Shown here piece after piece: positions 17,262 to 27,411 of a stretch of DNA of 64,000 nt. The notes beneath the pieces were generated by a model that did not search any database, had not been told where the DNA came from, and was given only the letters and a program-made list of their open reading frames with translations. A program made the translations under genes and the position numbers. Position 1 is the first letter of the stretch. Each line of letters begins with the position of its first letter. The DNA comes from Candidatus Bathyarchaeia archaeon (GTDB lineage Archaea; Thermoproteota; Bathyarchaeia; Bathyarchaeales; Bathycorpusculaceae): NCBI GenBank assembly GCA_038882955.1, contig JAVZNC010000003.1:127571-191570 (forward strand), written 5' to 3'.

Positions 17262-19058
17262 CTATTCTGGAGGTATGCTGATGTAAAGCGTACGCATGTC
17301 CACGCCTCTGGTCGTATTGCGATACATGTAATAGACGTACAACAATATACCAACGATTATACAGCCGAAGAAACCGGCTGCACTGACCACTTCCCACGTT
17401 TCCGCACCGGTTTTAAAGAGCGACCAGATCCATGAAGACTCCTTAATGAAAATGTACAGACAGAAGGCGCCTCCAAGTGTTGCTATAAAACCTAAGCCAA
17501 CAACAGCGCCTATTGAATGTTTAACGGCTGCACGGTCGTAGATTTCTCTCCTTTCCAGCGGAAGGAGCATGCACGAAATACAGAATAGCGTTAGGAAGAA
17601 GGCGTCAAATATGTCTGTGCCAACAACTCCCGCAAACGCCAAGTAGTCTGCGGCTCCTTTTGGAAAGTTTGCTTCAGCCATGCACGCTGGAATAGCGAAA
17701 ACTGCGGTTATTATTATTGACCATACTGGGGCGTGCCACCTTTCGCTAACGTAGGCGAACTTTTCGGGCATCATTCTATCGAAAGACATGGCGAAGAACG
17801 TCCTAGAAGCAACAAGCAAGAATGGCGGAATGTCGTTGGCAACCCAGAGTACACCACCCAAAGCGATTAGTATTGCAAGAATTCCTAAATTCATACCAAT
17901 TGAAGTAATTGACGCTATACCAGTGCTCCAAGCACTCAAGAAGTTAATTGGACGCGTAGGGTCAATTCCTTTGAATGCCGGATTTGAACTTTCTTGTATA
18001 TGAGTCCAGTTTCCCTCACCGTACTTTGTAATATTTGGGTCAACTCCTACATAGTTGTATGCTGCTTCCCAGTCTACTGGACCGTAGCTTAGAAAAGCAT
18101 ACGCTTGATAGAAGCTCCATTGATTCGGATAATCGGTTGTTGTGTCTGTGTAAACTCCCATTGCGGAAAACGCTGAAAGCGATGAAGCCAGTAAGTAAAC
18201 TATCATTATTATCAGTCCTGCAATAGCAACCACTTTAGGAAGTTTCTTATTCGCTTCTTTAACTTCTCCCGCCACAAACGTGGTGGCGTACCAGCCCATG
18301 TAAGCCCAGAACGCACCACCTAACGCAACGGAAAAGGCGCTGAAGAACCCAGTTTTTGCTTCCAACATTCCACTATGAAGAGCTAGATTCACTAAACTTT
18401 GAGGCGAAATATTCATTACGGCTTTTACTCCCTCTTCGACGACGCTTGGATTCGCTATGCCAGCAACCCACATCGCAAAGAAAATTATCGTAATTGCGGC
18501 AGGTATGTAAAAGAGCACTTCCATCAATCTACCGTAGAGCTTGGTTCCAAGCAGTGCAATTATCGCAAATATCCAAACAATAGCAAGTCCACCTAAGAAG
18601 AGTTCAACTGCCCCAAATGAAATGGTAGTCGGAGCCAACGCGATGTTGAAGAATATCATCACTCCTTCGAACACCGCAACGCCAATTAATCCATAGGAAA
18701 AGGCTTCCGCGAGGAACATTAGCCAACCAGCAATATAGCCTATGGACGGATGTATTACCCTTGAGATTGTGACGTAGCCGCCTCCTGAACGTGGCATTGC
18801 TGCGGTCACGTAGCCCGCGGCATAGCCAGTAATCAACACGATTATGCCGCATACGAGGAAAGCCCAGAACATTGCTGGTAAGCCAAGTGGCATTTCATTT
18901 GTTGGCATTGGCGCGGGACCAGTGAATTGGAATGCTCTCTTTTGCCATCCTAAGCCGACGACGTGGCTCATGATTATAATTATTCCCAGTGTGAAGCCTA
19001 TTTCGCGTACTAGTCCAGTTGCTTCTCTGGCGAATAGTCCTGGTTTACTTGAAGCCAT
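17262..19058 (-). CDS. APC family amino-acid/amine permease
   Basis: LFAREATGLVRE, MPRSGGGYV, AGEVKEA, SRTFFAMSFDRMMP; about 12 TM helices. Confidence 0.88.
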   Translation of the reverse strand: MASSKPGLFAREATGLVREIGFTLGIIIIMSHVVGLGWQKRAFQFTGPAPMPTNEMPLGLPAMFWAFLVCGIIVLITGYAAGYVTAAMPRSGGGYVTISRVIHPSIGYIAGWLMFLAEAFSYGLIGVAVFEGVMIFFNIALAPTTISFGAVELFLGGLAIVWIFAIIALLGTKLYGRLMEVLFYIPAAITIIFFAMWVAGIANPSVVEEGVKAVMNISPQSLVNLALHSGMLEAKTGFFSAFSVALGGAFWAYMGWYATTFVAGEVKEANKKLPKVVAIAGLIIMIVYLLASSLSAFSAMGVYTDTTTDYPNQWSFYQAYAFLSYGPVDWEAAYNYVGVDPNITKYGEGNWTHIQESSNPAFKGIDPTRPINFLSAWSTGIASITSIGMNLGILAILIALGGVLWVANDIPPFLLVASRTFFAMSFDRMMPEKFAYVSERWHAPVWSIIITAVFAIPACMAEANFPKGAADYLAFAGVVGTDIFDAFFLTLFCISCMLLPLERREIYDRAAVKHSIGAVVGLGFIATLGGAFCLYIFIKESSWIWSLFKTGAETWEVVSAAGFFGCIIVGILLYVYYMYRNTTRGVDMRTLYISIPPE

Positions 19059-19182
19059 TTTCTTATAACACCCGAACATCTAGTTTTGGTTCTATCCAGA
19101 TTTAAAACTTTCCATAAACCCTAAATTTAAATAGTGCAAATCCATGATTTACAGTGAAAATAAAGCATAGGAAATGGTTTAA

Positions 19183-20157
19183 TTGGCGTTTCTATTCAAA
19201 AAGAAGAAAGAAACCGAAACAAGGATACTGTTCGCAACAGACATGCATGGCTCAGAAGGCGTGTGGAGAAAATTCCTAAACGCCTCGGCAATGCTTAAGG
19301 TGGATGTTGCCATTTGCGGCGGAGACCTAACTGGAAAAATGATAGTGCCAGTCGTCAAACATAAGGACGGAAAATACTCATACTACCACCTCAAAAAGAC
19401 GCACACGGTGAACGAAAACGAAATAGAAAAAGCCCTGAAGGAAATAAGGGGCATAGGCTATTATCCCTACATCACAAATGAAAGCGAATACGAGGAAATG
19501 GTGAAAAGTTCCAAGAAGGTCGACGAGGTTTTCCACACGGTCATGATTGACACAATAAAGAATTGGCTTGACCTAATTCCGCAGAAGGTTCCAAGCGAAA
19601 CAAGGGTTGTGGTCTGCCCTGGAAACGACGACAGACCAGCCGTAGACGAGATAGTCAACAACCACAAGTACGTGCTGAACGGCGAGGGCAAAGTCATAGA
19701 AATTGACGATTCACATGAGATGATAAGCACTGGATGGGTGAACCCAAGTCCGTGGAAAACAGCCCGTGAAGAAGAAGAGGAAAAACTCGAAGCGCGACTC
19801 GAAAAATATGTTTCGCAGCTTAAAAACCACGAAAACGCCATATTCAACTTTCACGCTCCCCCATACCAGTCAAAGCTCGACGAAGCCCCACTTTTAGACA
19901 AAGACTTAAACCCAGTAATCCAAGGCGGAAGCGTCGTCATGGTTCCAGTAGGCTCAAAAGCAGTTAGGAAAATGATTGAAAAATACCAGCCTTTCCTCGG
20001 GCTTCATGGGCACATACACGAGGCAGCTGGCTCAATGAGAATCGGAAAGACATACTGCGTAAACCCCGGAAGCGAATACGCAGAAGGCATCCTAAGAGCC
20101 TTCCTAATAGAGTTCAAAGGCAACAAAATAACGAGGCTACAGCGAATAGAAGGCTAA
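19183..20157 (+). CDS. Calcineurin-like metallophosphoesterase (Icc-related)
   Basis: TDMHG, GGDLTG, PGNDD, FHAPP, HGHIHE, NPGS. Confidence 0.88.
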   Translation: MAFLFKKKKETETRILFATDMHGSEGVWRKFLNASAMLKVDVAICGGDLTGKMIVPVVKHKDGKYSYYHLKKTHTVNENEIEKALKEIRGIGYYPYITNESEYEEMVKSSKKVDEVFHTVMIDTIKNWLDLIPQKVPSETRVVVCPGNDDRPAVDEIVNNHKYVLNGEGKVIEIDDSHEMISTGWVNPSPWKTAREEEEEKLEARLEKYVSQLKNHENAIFNFHAPPYQSKLDEAPLLDKDLNPVIQGGSVVMVPVGSKAVRKMIEKYQPFLGLHGHIHEAAGSMRIGKTYCVNPGSEYAEGILRAFLIEFKGNKITRLQRIEG

Positions 20158-20176
20158 GCGCGAGGGAAACGAAGCC

Positions 20177-21106
20177 ATGGCTTGGCTTCTTGATAGGGAA
20201 ATTAAACGTGAACTGCCAGAGGAATGGAATGGCATAGTTCCAACAGAAATTTTCATCCAAGAATCCAAGGAAATCGTTGAAAAGGCAAGGCAGGAAGGCA
20301 TAATCCTAAGAATCCTCGGCGGACTAAGCATAGCAATTCACTGCGAAGAGCATAGGGACTTTGCGCAAAAACTCGGCAGAATCGGAACCGGCGTAATTGA
20401 AGGACAAGAGTACAGCGACATAGACCTCGTTTCATATCGCGGCCACAGAGATAAAGTGAAAGAGTTATTCGAAAAGTTGAGCTATGCGAAAAGGAGAGCG
20501 ACGCTTTCAACGGCAGCGTCTGAAAGGCAAATCTACTTCCACCCCAAAGGCTGGTTTTATGTGGACGTTTTCTTCGACAAACTCTTGGTGGCAAACCACC
20601 CAATAGACTTCAAGGGAAGACTTGAACTCGACTATCCAACAATAACTGTGACAGACATGCTCCTAGAAAAGATCCAAATGTGGGAAGCTTTCAGCGCAAA
20701 AGACCTAAAAGACTGCCTATTGCTTCTAAAGGCACACAACATAAGCGGAAAAACAGAGAAAGAAAGCATAGACGCCGCGTACATAGCAAAACTGTTAGCA
20801 GAAGACTGGGGATTCTGGTACACAGCAACAACAAACCTCCAAAAAATAAGGGTGTTCCTAATGGAAATTGACAGGCTCGGCCAAGAAGCAGGCATAGACC
20901 CAAAACAAATAACGAAAGAAGATAGAGAAGAAATAATACAAAAAATAGACAAAATATTGGAAACAATCGAAAAAGAACCGAAAACCTTCGGATGGAAAAT
21001 GCGCGCAAAAATAGGAACAAAAAAGCAATGGTACAACCCAGTTGAACGTCCAGAAACAGTCGGCGGATTCGGAATATGGGAAACATTACTAAAAGGAGAA
21101 AGCTGA
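20177..21106 (+). CDS. Nucleotidyltransferase-fold protein (paralog B)
   Basis: ILGGLSIAIHC, SDIDLV, VDVFFD, LEKIQ, KDLKD. Confidence 0.72.
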   Translation: MAWLLDREIKRELPEEWNGIVPTEIFIQESKEIVEKARQEGIILRILGGLSIAIHCEEHRDFAQKLGRIGTGVIEGQEYSDIDLVSYRGHRDKVKELFEKLSYAKRRATLSTAASERQIYFHPKGWFYVDVFFDKLLVANHPIDFKGRLELDYPTITVTDMLLEKIQMWEAFSAKDLKDCLLLLKAHNISGKTEKESIDAAYIAKLLAEDWGFWYTATTNLQKIRVFLMEIDRLGQEAGIDPKQITKEDREEIIQKIDKILETIEKEPKTFGWKMRAKIGTKKQWYNPVERPETVGGFGIWETLLKGES

Positions 21107-21157
21107 ACCTCACCAAGAAAGCGAAAAGTTAATGAGCAAAGCCTTAACGTGTATTCT

Positions 21158-21283
21158 GGGGTTTGCCGGCCATAGGGCGCGGGACCCACCCGATCCCATT
21201 CCGAACTCGGAAGTTAAACCGCGCTCCGTTCCCGGTTGTAGTGTGGTCTTCGGCCACGCGAAGCCGGGAAAGCTGGCAGCCCC
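21158..21283 (+). rRNA. rrf: 5S rRNA (stand-alone)
   Basis: GGCCATAG, CACCCGATCCCATTCCGAACTCGGAAGTTAAACC and terminal helix TGCCGGC/GCTGGCA. Confidence 0.95.
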
Positions 21284-21358
21284 GCTTAACTTTGATTTTT
21301 GGCGAATGTTTAAATTGTGGTTTTTTGCTGTTTATTGCCTTCTTTAAGTGATGTTGGC

Positions 21359-22156
21359 ATGTGGGAGTGGTTGCTTCCGCTGTTTGGCTTCTTGATAAGC
21401 ATAGCTGCGGCTTTAACGGGTGTTGGAGGCGGAATATTCATAGTGCCGTTGTTAACGCTTCTTTACGGTTTTGAACCTGTAGTGGCTGTTGGCACAAGCC
21501 TAGCCACTATAATAATTACTTCTGTAGCCTCTTCGGCGAATTATTTGAAGCAGAATCGCGTTTATGTCAAGGCTGGACTGGTTTTGGCTTGCACTACCAC
21601 TCCCGGCGGCTATGTTGGCGCGGCCATTACTGCGGTTCCAGTTGTTAAAATGTGGCTTGGCGTTATTTTCGGCATTTTCCTAATCATTGTTGCGGTTCAG
21701 ATGGTGTACAAGGCTTTGTCCACAAAATCTGTTAAGGGCTGCGGTGTTGTTGACGCTGCCTTTGAGAAGTCGCTTCTAAAAGACTGGAGGAAGATGCTTT
21801 CTGGCTTGTTCTTGGGATTTTTCGGAGGCGTAGCCTCTGGACTGCTCGGCATAGGCGGAGGAACAGTTCTCGTGCCAGTCATGTGTTACGCACTTGGCTT
21901 TCCAATTCATTTCGCTATACCCACATCAATGTTTATCATGATTTTCACTTCAATTTCTGGCGTCATCAACCACGTGCAACAAGGAAACGTGAATAGCTTG
22001 CATGCAGTCTATCTTGGAATTGGAGCGGTTTTGGGCGCTCAGGTTGGCGCTTACGCAAGCAGAAAGCTTTCGAGTAGGAATTTGAGTTTGGTTTTCGCTG
22101 CGATGCTTGTGGTTGCGAGTGTAAATATGATATTGAAGAATCTGCATTACATTTAG
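21359..22156 (+). CDS. TSUP (TauE/SafE) family membrane transporter
   Basis: Duplicated GVGGG / GIGGG motifs, AVGTSL, about eight TM helices. Confidence 0.85.
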   Translation: MWEWLLPLFGFLISIAAALTGVGGGIFIVPLLTLLYGFEPVVAVGTSLATIIITSVASSANYLKQNRVYVKAGLVLACTTTPGGYVGAAITAVPVVKMWLGVIFGIFLIIVAVQMVYKALSTKSVKGCGVVDAAFEKSLLKDWRKMLSGLFLGFFGGVASGLLGIGGGTVLVPVMCYALGFPIHFAIPTSMFIMIFTSISGVINHVQQGNVNSLHAVYLGIGAVLGAQVGAYASRKLSSRNLSLVFAAMLVVASVNMILKNLHYI

Positions 22157-22238
22157 TCTTTATTGCATATCTTACTTGGAATATCCTAAAATTTATAACC
22201 AAGCGTTTTGTAGTTTCTCGAAAAGGTGAGTTAAAAGC

Positions 22239-23363
22239 GTGTTTGAAGTGGCTACGCTATTTGCAACTATACTTATGCAGATTGACATTCAGCAGATTCT
22301 AAGCCTGCTCTTCTACATCGTATTCATAGTCTTCATTTTTTATGGACAAAGAATCCAAATGTACGTCATGTTAAGGGAAGTTGAAGGCTCACTTTTCAAG
22401 CTTAAATACATAAAGGATGAGGGGAGAAAAATCGCCATAGAAACAATCAAGGAGATTGGAAAGCCCCAGTCAGACCCAACCGTTAGGGTTGACAGGTTCC
22501 TCGAATACTTCACAATATCGCCTCAAAGCCTTGACCCAGCGGGCGTTGTTTGGAAGCTTGAGCACATTCTCGACGTGAGAGATGTGCGTTTCAAGGATGA
22601 AGTTAAGCTTATGGCGCCCTCGGCTGACGAAACACAAACTAACAATTTGGAGAACACGCTTGAGGCGGCTATGGCTTTAAACTACATTTACAAGGTTATA
22701 AGGCACTATTACTTGCTTGGCAAGAAAACGTTAAGCCTATACATAATAATGCAGTTGCAGATGATACTGCCCCTAGTGATGCGCGAGGCGGAAGCCTACG
22801 CAAGCGCGTTAAAGGCTTTTGCATATGGACAACCAATAGGCGACGGTGCCGGCGCATTGGTTGCAGCTAAACTTATGCGGGGATATGAAACGCGAAAAGT
22901 TCCCAAAGACTGTGTTGTGGCAACAGTTCCAATGGAGGGACGGACAGCATTCGTGATTAAGGCTGAAGGGCCGGGGGGAAACGTTGGCAAGATAGGCGAT
23001 GCCATAAAAACGGTTATTGAGGAGAATGAGGGAAAAATTGCCACAATAATAATGATTGATGCAGCCATGAAGTTGGAAGGCGAGGATGTCGGCGAGGTTG
23101 CAGAGGGTGTCGGCGCAGCTATAGGCGGTCCTGGCGTTGACCAGTTTAAGATTGAGGAGTCTATTTTGAAGTATCGGATACCAATAAACGCTGTTATAAT
23201 CAAGGAGGATATTGGAGATGCTGTTTCGCCAATGCGCAAGGAAATCTTTGAGGCTGCCGACAAGGCTATAGAGCGTGTGAAGCAAGTTATTTTGGAGAAA
23301 ACGAAGGAAGGAGACAAAGTGATAATTGCGGGGGTTGGTAACACCATTGGAATTGGTCAGTGA
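22239..23363 (+). CDS. DUF1512 family protein
   Basis: PIGDGAG, KAEGPGG, IDAAMKLEGE, GVGNTIGIGQ terminus. Confidence 0.8.
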   Translation: MFEVATLFATILMQIDIQQILSLLFYIVFIVFIFYGQRIQMYVMLREVEGSLFKLKYIKDEGRKIAIETIKEIGKPQSDPTVRVDRFLEYFTISPQSLDPAGVVWKLEHILDVRDVRFKDEVKLMAPSADETQTNNLENTLEAAMALNYIYKVIRHYYLLGKKTLSLYIIMQLQMILPLVMREAEAYASALKAFAYGQPIGDGAGALVAAKLMRGYETRKVPKDCVVATVPMEGRTAFVIKAEGPGGNVGKIGDAIKTVIEENEGKIATIIMIDAAMKLEGEDVGEVAEGVGAAIGGPGVDQFKIEESILKYRIPINAVIIKEDIGDAVSPMRKEIFEAADKAIERVKQVILEKTKEGDKVIIAGVGNTIGIGQ

Positions 23364-23373
23364 GGAGAGCAAA

Positions 23374-23772
23374 ATGAACGAGGCGTCTCAGGCGAAAAAA
23401 ATTTCATCTTTCGTTTTGATGATAATTTTCGTGCTTTTGGCTTTGTCGTTGGCTGCTCTAGTTTTGGCTTTGCAAGCTTTTGGTTATGGCGAAGATATAA
23501 CTGCCGGATATTTACTCTTGATAGGTTTTATAGGTGTGGCTTTGTCTACTTATGTTTTGATGCAGATGAGAAGACGTTTGCTGCGTTTGAAGATTGCGAC
23601 TCTACCGATAACTACAACTATTGAGTGTAAAAAATGTGGCTTCAAGAGCGTCCGCGAGTTTCAGCGTGGCGACTACATTTTCAAGGAAGTCGAGCCTTGT
23701 CAGAAATGCAATGACAAAATGTTGATAACGGCGATTTACAGGGAAGTTAGAGAAAAAGAACGTGAATGGTAG
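23374..23772 (+). CDS. Membrane protein with C-terminal zinc ribbon
   Basis: Two TM helices, then CKKC...REFQRGDYIF...CQKC...ITAIY. Confidence 0.75.
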   Translation: MNEASQAKKISSFVLMIIFVLLALSLAALVLALQAFGYGEDITAGYLLLIGFIGVALSTYVLMQMRRRLLRLKIATLPITTTIECKKCGFKSVREFQRGDYIFKEVEPCQKCNDKMLITAIYREVREKEREW

Positions 23773-23782
23773 TTTTGGCTAG

Positions 23783-24688
23783 TTAAGTCAAGATTGAAGC
23801 ACCTTTTTCCGTAACTAAAACTGTGTGTTCCGCTTGAGCTACGGGTCTTCTGCTAACTTCAACAAAGATTGGATAGCCCATTAGCGCCTTTGAAGATAAA
23901 AGTTCCTTAAAGGCTTGGGAATAATGTTCTTTCGGTATCGCCCCTTGTAGCCACCGTTCAGCGAACGGCAAGGTTCTGAAGTTTTCTTCTATGAATTTTA
24001 GGAGTTGCCGTGCATAGGGGTTTTTCAGCGGTCTTGACTTTACAAAGCGGAATATTGTTACTTCTTCCCCGTTTTCAACGCGTCCAACAGCTTCTGGAAA
24101 CGTGACGAAAGGTTCTATGGCATATACTGCTCCAAGTTTAATTTTTGCTAGAGATATTTGCGAAATGTTTGGTATTGATGTGCCAGCGTGAACAAGATAA
24201 CGCCCAACCTGATGACCAGTTAAGTTTGAGATAGGCTTGAACCCCCTCGACTTTATTGTTTTTTCGATTAATCCACCGATTTTTGATGTTGTTATTTCTG
24301 GGCGAATAGCTGCTATGGCTTCTTTTAAGGCTTGTTCAGCTGCTTCAACGAGGCAGCGGTATTCCTGGTTAAAGCACACTGTTACAGCGGTGTCCGTTAC
24401 ATAGCCGTCAACGTGCGCTCCAATGTCAATTTTTACTATGGATTTTTTTGGGATTCGCCTAGTGTCGTTTGGTGGTGACGTGTAATGTGCTGCTATTTCG
24501 TTTATTGAAATGTTGCATGGAAATGCTGGTTTTGCGCCCTTTTCTCTTATGGTTTTTTCAGCTTTTTCGCAAACTTCTATTATGGGCATTTCTTCGCGTA
24601 CCAAATTTCGCATTATCTCGCGTGTTTCGCGTAGGATTCTTCCAGAAAGCCTAAACTTTTCTATTGCCTCGTCGTCGTATTGGCTCAT
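23783..24688 (-). CDS. map: Type II methionine aminopeptidase
   Basis: AFPCNISINEIAAHY, DIGAHVDGYVTDTA, NLTGH, AIEPF, QAEHT. Confidence 0.95.
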   Translation of the reverse strand: MSQYDDEAIEKFRLSGRILRETREIMRNLVREEMPIIEVCEKAEKTIREKGAKPAFPCNISINEIAAHYTSPPNDTRRIPKKSIVKIDIGAHVDGYVTDTAVTVCFNQEYRCLVEAAEQALKEAIAAIRPEITTSKIGGLIEKTIKSRGFKPISNLTGHQVGRYLVHAGTSIPNISQISLAKIKLGAVYAIEPFVTFPEAVGRVENGEEVTIFRFVKSRPLKNPYARQLLKFIEENFRTLPFAERWLQGAIPKEHYSQAFKELLSSKALMGYPIFVEVSRRPVAQAEHTVLVTEKGASILT

Positions 24689-24763
24689 CCAAATCACGCT
24701 ATTTTTATTAACGCATAGATATATCATAGCTTTTAAAAGGGTTTATTGTGGGGTGCGCATAAT

Positions 24764-25435
24764 TTGGCTAAAATAACGTGGTTTGGACATGCAGCCTTCA
24801 AAGTGGAAATCGCAGACAAGATTGTTCTGGTTGACCCTTGGCTTGACGGAAACCCAACATCGCCAGTGAAGGCTTCGGAAATAGCGAAGGCGGACATAGT
24901 TTATGTAACACATGACCACGGAGACCATTTGGGCGATGCTGTGGGCATTTGTAAAAGGACAGGCGCCACCTTCGTTGGAACTTTTGAACTTGGCAATTAC
25001 GCTCAAAACGAAGGCGTAAAAAACGTTGTCGGACTAAACATAGGCGGAAGCGCGGAGGTAAAAGGCATACGAATGCATGTTGTGCACGCTTTTCACACGG
25101 CTTCAAAGGGGGCGCCCACGGGCGTCGTCGTCGAGGGCGAAGGTAAAAGTGTTTACCACGCTGGGGATACGGGCGTTTTCGGCGACATGCAAATTATTGG
25201 AGAACTTTACAAGCCAGATGTTGCACTTATCCCAATAGGTGGATACTACACAATGGGCGCTTTAGAAGCGGCAGAAGCGGTTAGGCTTATCAAGCCTAAG
25301 GCGGTTATTCCAATGCATTACAAGACTTTTCCAGTTTTGGCGCAGTCAGCAGACGAGTTCGCGAAGCTTGTAAGCGAAAAAGCGCGTAAGGTGAAGGTTG
25401 TCATGTTAAAGCCTGGAGAAAGCTACGAGTTCTAG
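24764..25435 (+). CDS. Metal-dependent hydrolase (UPF0173, MBL fold)
   Basis: WFGHAAF, THDHGDH, YHAGDT, IPMHY. Confidence 0.88.
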   Translation: MAKITWFGHAAFKVEIADKIVLVDPWLDGNPTSPVKASEIAKADIVYVTHDHGDHLGDAVGICKRTGATFVGTFELGNYAQNEGVKNVVGLNIGGSAEVKGIRMHVVHAFHTASKGAPTGVVVEGEGKSVYHAGDTGVFGDMQIIGELYKPDVALIPIGGYYTMGALEAAEAVRLIKPKAVIPMHYKTFPVLAQSADEFAKLVSEKARKVKVVMLKPGESYEF

Positions 25436-26001
25436 GTTTTCGGCTTAAAGACTTTTGGTTCAAGCGTTGCGAACTCGTTTCCGCCAAGATGAAAAATCAT
25501 CTTCGCTTTTTCTAGGTTATACACGCCTTCAAATGTTCCTTTGTCTGCGTATGCCTCAACAATTTCGCCCACAAAAATTGTGTGATCTCCAGCTGTGAAC
25601 TGGTTTCGGAGTTTACATTCTAGGTGTGCTACGCACTCCTTAATTATTGGCGCTTTCAGCTTCCTCGCTGGCAAAGGCGTTAGACGAGCTTCTTTAAACT
25701 TGTCGTGTTCTCTCCCGCTTGCAGTGCCGCAAAAGAAGGTTTCATCTAGTATTTCTATCGTTGGGATGTTCACAACAAACTCTTTGGTTTCTTCGATTAG
25801 GCTGTGCGAGTGCCTACGCGGCGCGATGCTTACGGCGACTAGTGGCGGATTAACTGATGTCGGCATAGCCCAAGCCAAAGTGATAATATTCGGTTTCCCG
25901 CTTTTTCCAATACATGACACAAGAACGGTGTGCATGGGATGAAGCAGCCTCAAAGCGTTAGGCGGACTAACGCCAACAACATCTTTTTCTTTTATCTGCA
26001 T
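25432..26001 (-). CDS. Flavin reductase-like family protein
   Basis: EFVVNIP, CGTASGREHDKF, AGDHTIFVGEI. Confidence 0.88.
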   Translation of the reverse strand: MQIKEKDVVGVSPPNALRLLHPMHTVLVSCIGKSGKPNIITLAWAMPTSVNPPLVAVSIAPRRHSHSLIEETKEFVVNIPTIEILDETFFCGTASGREHDKFKEARLTPLPARKLKAPIIKECVAHLECKLRNQFTAGDHTIFVGEIVEAYADKGTFEGVYNLEKAKMIFHLGGNEFATLEPKVFKPKT

Positions 26002-26017
26002 TTTCGCATTTTCCTCC

Positions 26018-27148
26018 TTACCGTTTTATGTGAAACTTTTCCACGACGTTTCGCGCCTTTTCCCGCCTTTTCTGGTGTTCAGAAAGGAACTTGTTAACTC
26101 TCTCGGTTAGTTCCGTTTTGCATTCCCCGCAAAGGATTTCGCCGTCTCTGCATCGTCTTTCCCTCTCAAGAAGCTTCTTGTCATCTTCCTCGAAGAGGAA
26201 GTAGAAGTACTGAAAAACGCTGCATACGCTTGGGTCGCCGCCGAGTTTTCTCTGCTCCTCAACAGTTGCCCGCCCACCAGTAAAGGCGTTCCAAATCTTA
26301 CGCTTAACAACCTCTGGCGGGTCAACCGTGAAAATGGATGTTTCCGGCTCTGAAGCGCTCATCTTTCCGCCCACACCCAAACCCGGCAAGAAACGGCAGT
26401 GAATCTGCGCTGGCTTATAATAGCCAAGCTTCGGAGCAACATCACGCGTTATACGCCAGTACGGGTCCTGGTCAATGGCGGCTGGAATCAAAGCTGGAAC
26501 GTTGTCGCCAGTTAGTTTCGCGTGGATGAAGCATGGAACGGCTTGGATGGCTGGCCAGAAAATCCAGCCTATGTTTGTGCTTTCTTGAAAGCCAAATGTG
26601 GCTTTTGCCGTTGAGTATGTTACGCGCTTTGCAACTTCGAGGGCTATGTCATAAAGCAAGTCAATGTCTTGAACGTCGAATATTATGAAGGTGTTTTCTG
26701 GCTTAAAGCCTAGGGCTATTAGGTCTAAGGCGTTTTCATAAGCGAAATTCGTGGTTTCCTTAAGCTCAAGCGTATCGTCAACAACAAACTTTTCATCATC
26801 AGTCATCTGGAAATAAAGCCTAGTGTCGAACTTTTCTTGCAAGTGCCTAGTGAAAATCCATGGAACAAGATGCCCAATATGGACGGGACCAGAGGGACCA
26901 CGCCCAGTGTAGAGGACGAATTTTATTCCTTTCTCGTAGAGTTCTAGAACCGCATCCAAATCGCGGTGTGAAAAGAAGAGCCTTCGCCTAAGCTGAAGAT
27001 GAAGCTCGCCGGTGTGTTTTGCCATCTTTTGCAGTAGCTCGTCGGTTAGAGGCTGCGTTCCAAACTCGCGTATTAGGCGTTCATAGTCAACTTTGCCCCT
27101 AACTTCCCATGGAGTTACCACCATCTCATTTCTATTTTCATCAGCCAA
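26018..27148 (-). CDS. trpS: Tryptophanyl-tRNA synthetase
   Basis: YTGRGPSGPVHIGH, AIDQDPY, KMSAS. Confidence 0.96.
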   Translation of the reverse strand: MADENRNEMVVTPWEVRGKVDYERLIREFGTQPLTDELLQKMAKHTGELHLQLRRRLFFSHRDLDAVLELYEKGIKFVLYTGRGPSGPVHIGHLVPWIFTRHLQEKFDTRLYFQMTDDEKFVVDDTLELKETTNFAYENALDLIALGFKPENTFIIFDVQDIDLLYDIALEVAKRVTYSTAKATFGFQESTNIGWIFWPAIQAVPCFIHAKLTGDNVPALIPAAIDQDPYWRITRDVAPKLGYYKPAQIHCRFLPGLGVGGKMSASEPETSIFTVDPPEVVKRKIWNAFTGGRATVEEQRKLGGDPSVCSVFQYFYFLFEEDDKKLLERERRCRDGEILCGECKTELTERVNKFLSEHQKRREKARNVVEKFHIKR

Positions 27149-27411
27149 GCCATGCGCCGCCCAAGGTTTTAGCTCCTTATAAAATTCCCAGAAAACGTAT
27201 TAAGTTTTGTGCGGAATACGCGCGGGGAATAAGCTATAAATATGTTTCTGCTTTTCCTTTTATGTGCGCTGGTGAAGTGATGCCCCGCCAATTTACATGA
27301 AAGGGAAGGCTTTTTCTAGCGCAAAATTAGCGTGGCACATGCATACTTTTATTAAAAATAAAACAACTACAATACAAAGCCAAAACGCCAACAATAAAGA
27401 AGGGAAAGAAG

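Noticed and set aside
21158-21283. Unlinked 5S rRNA as a novelty
   Set aside because: Stand-alone 5S genes are normal in TACK archaea.
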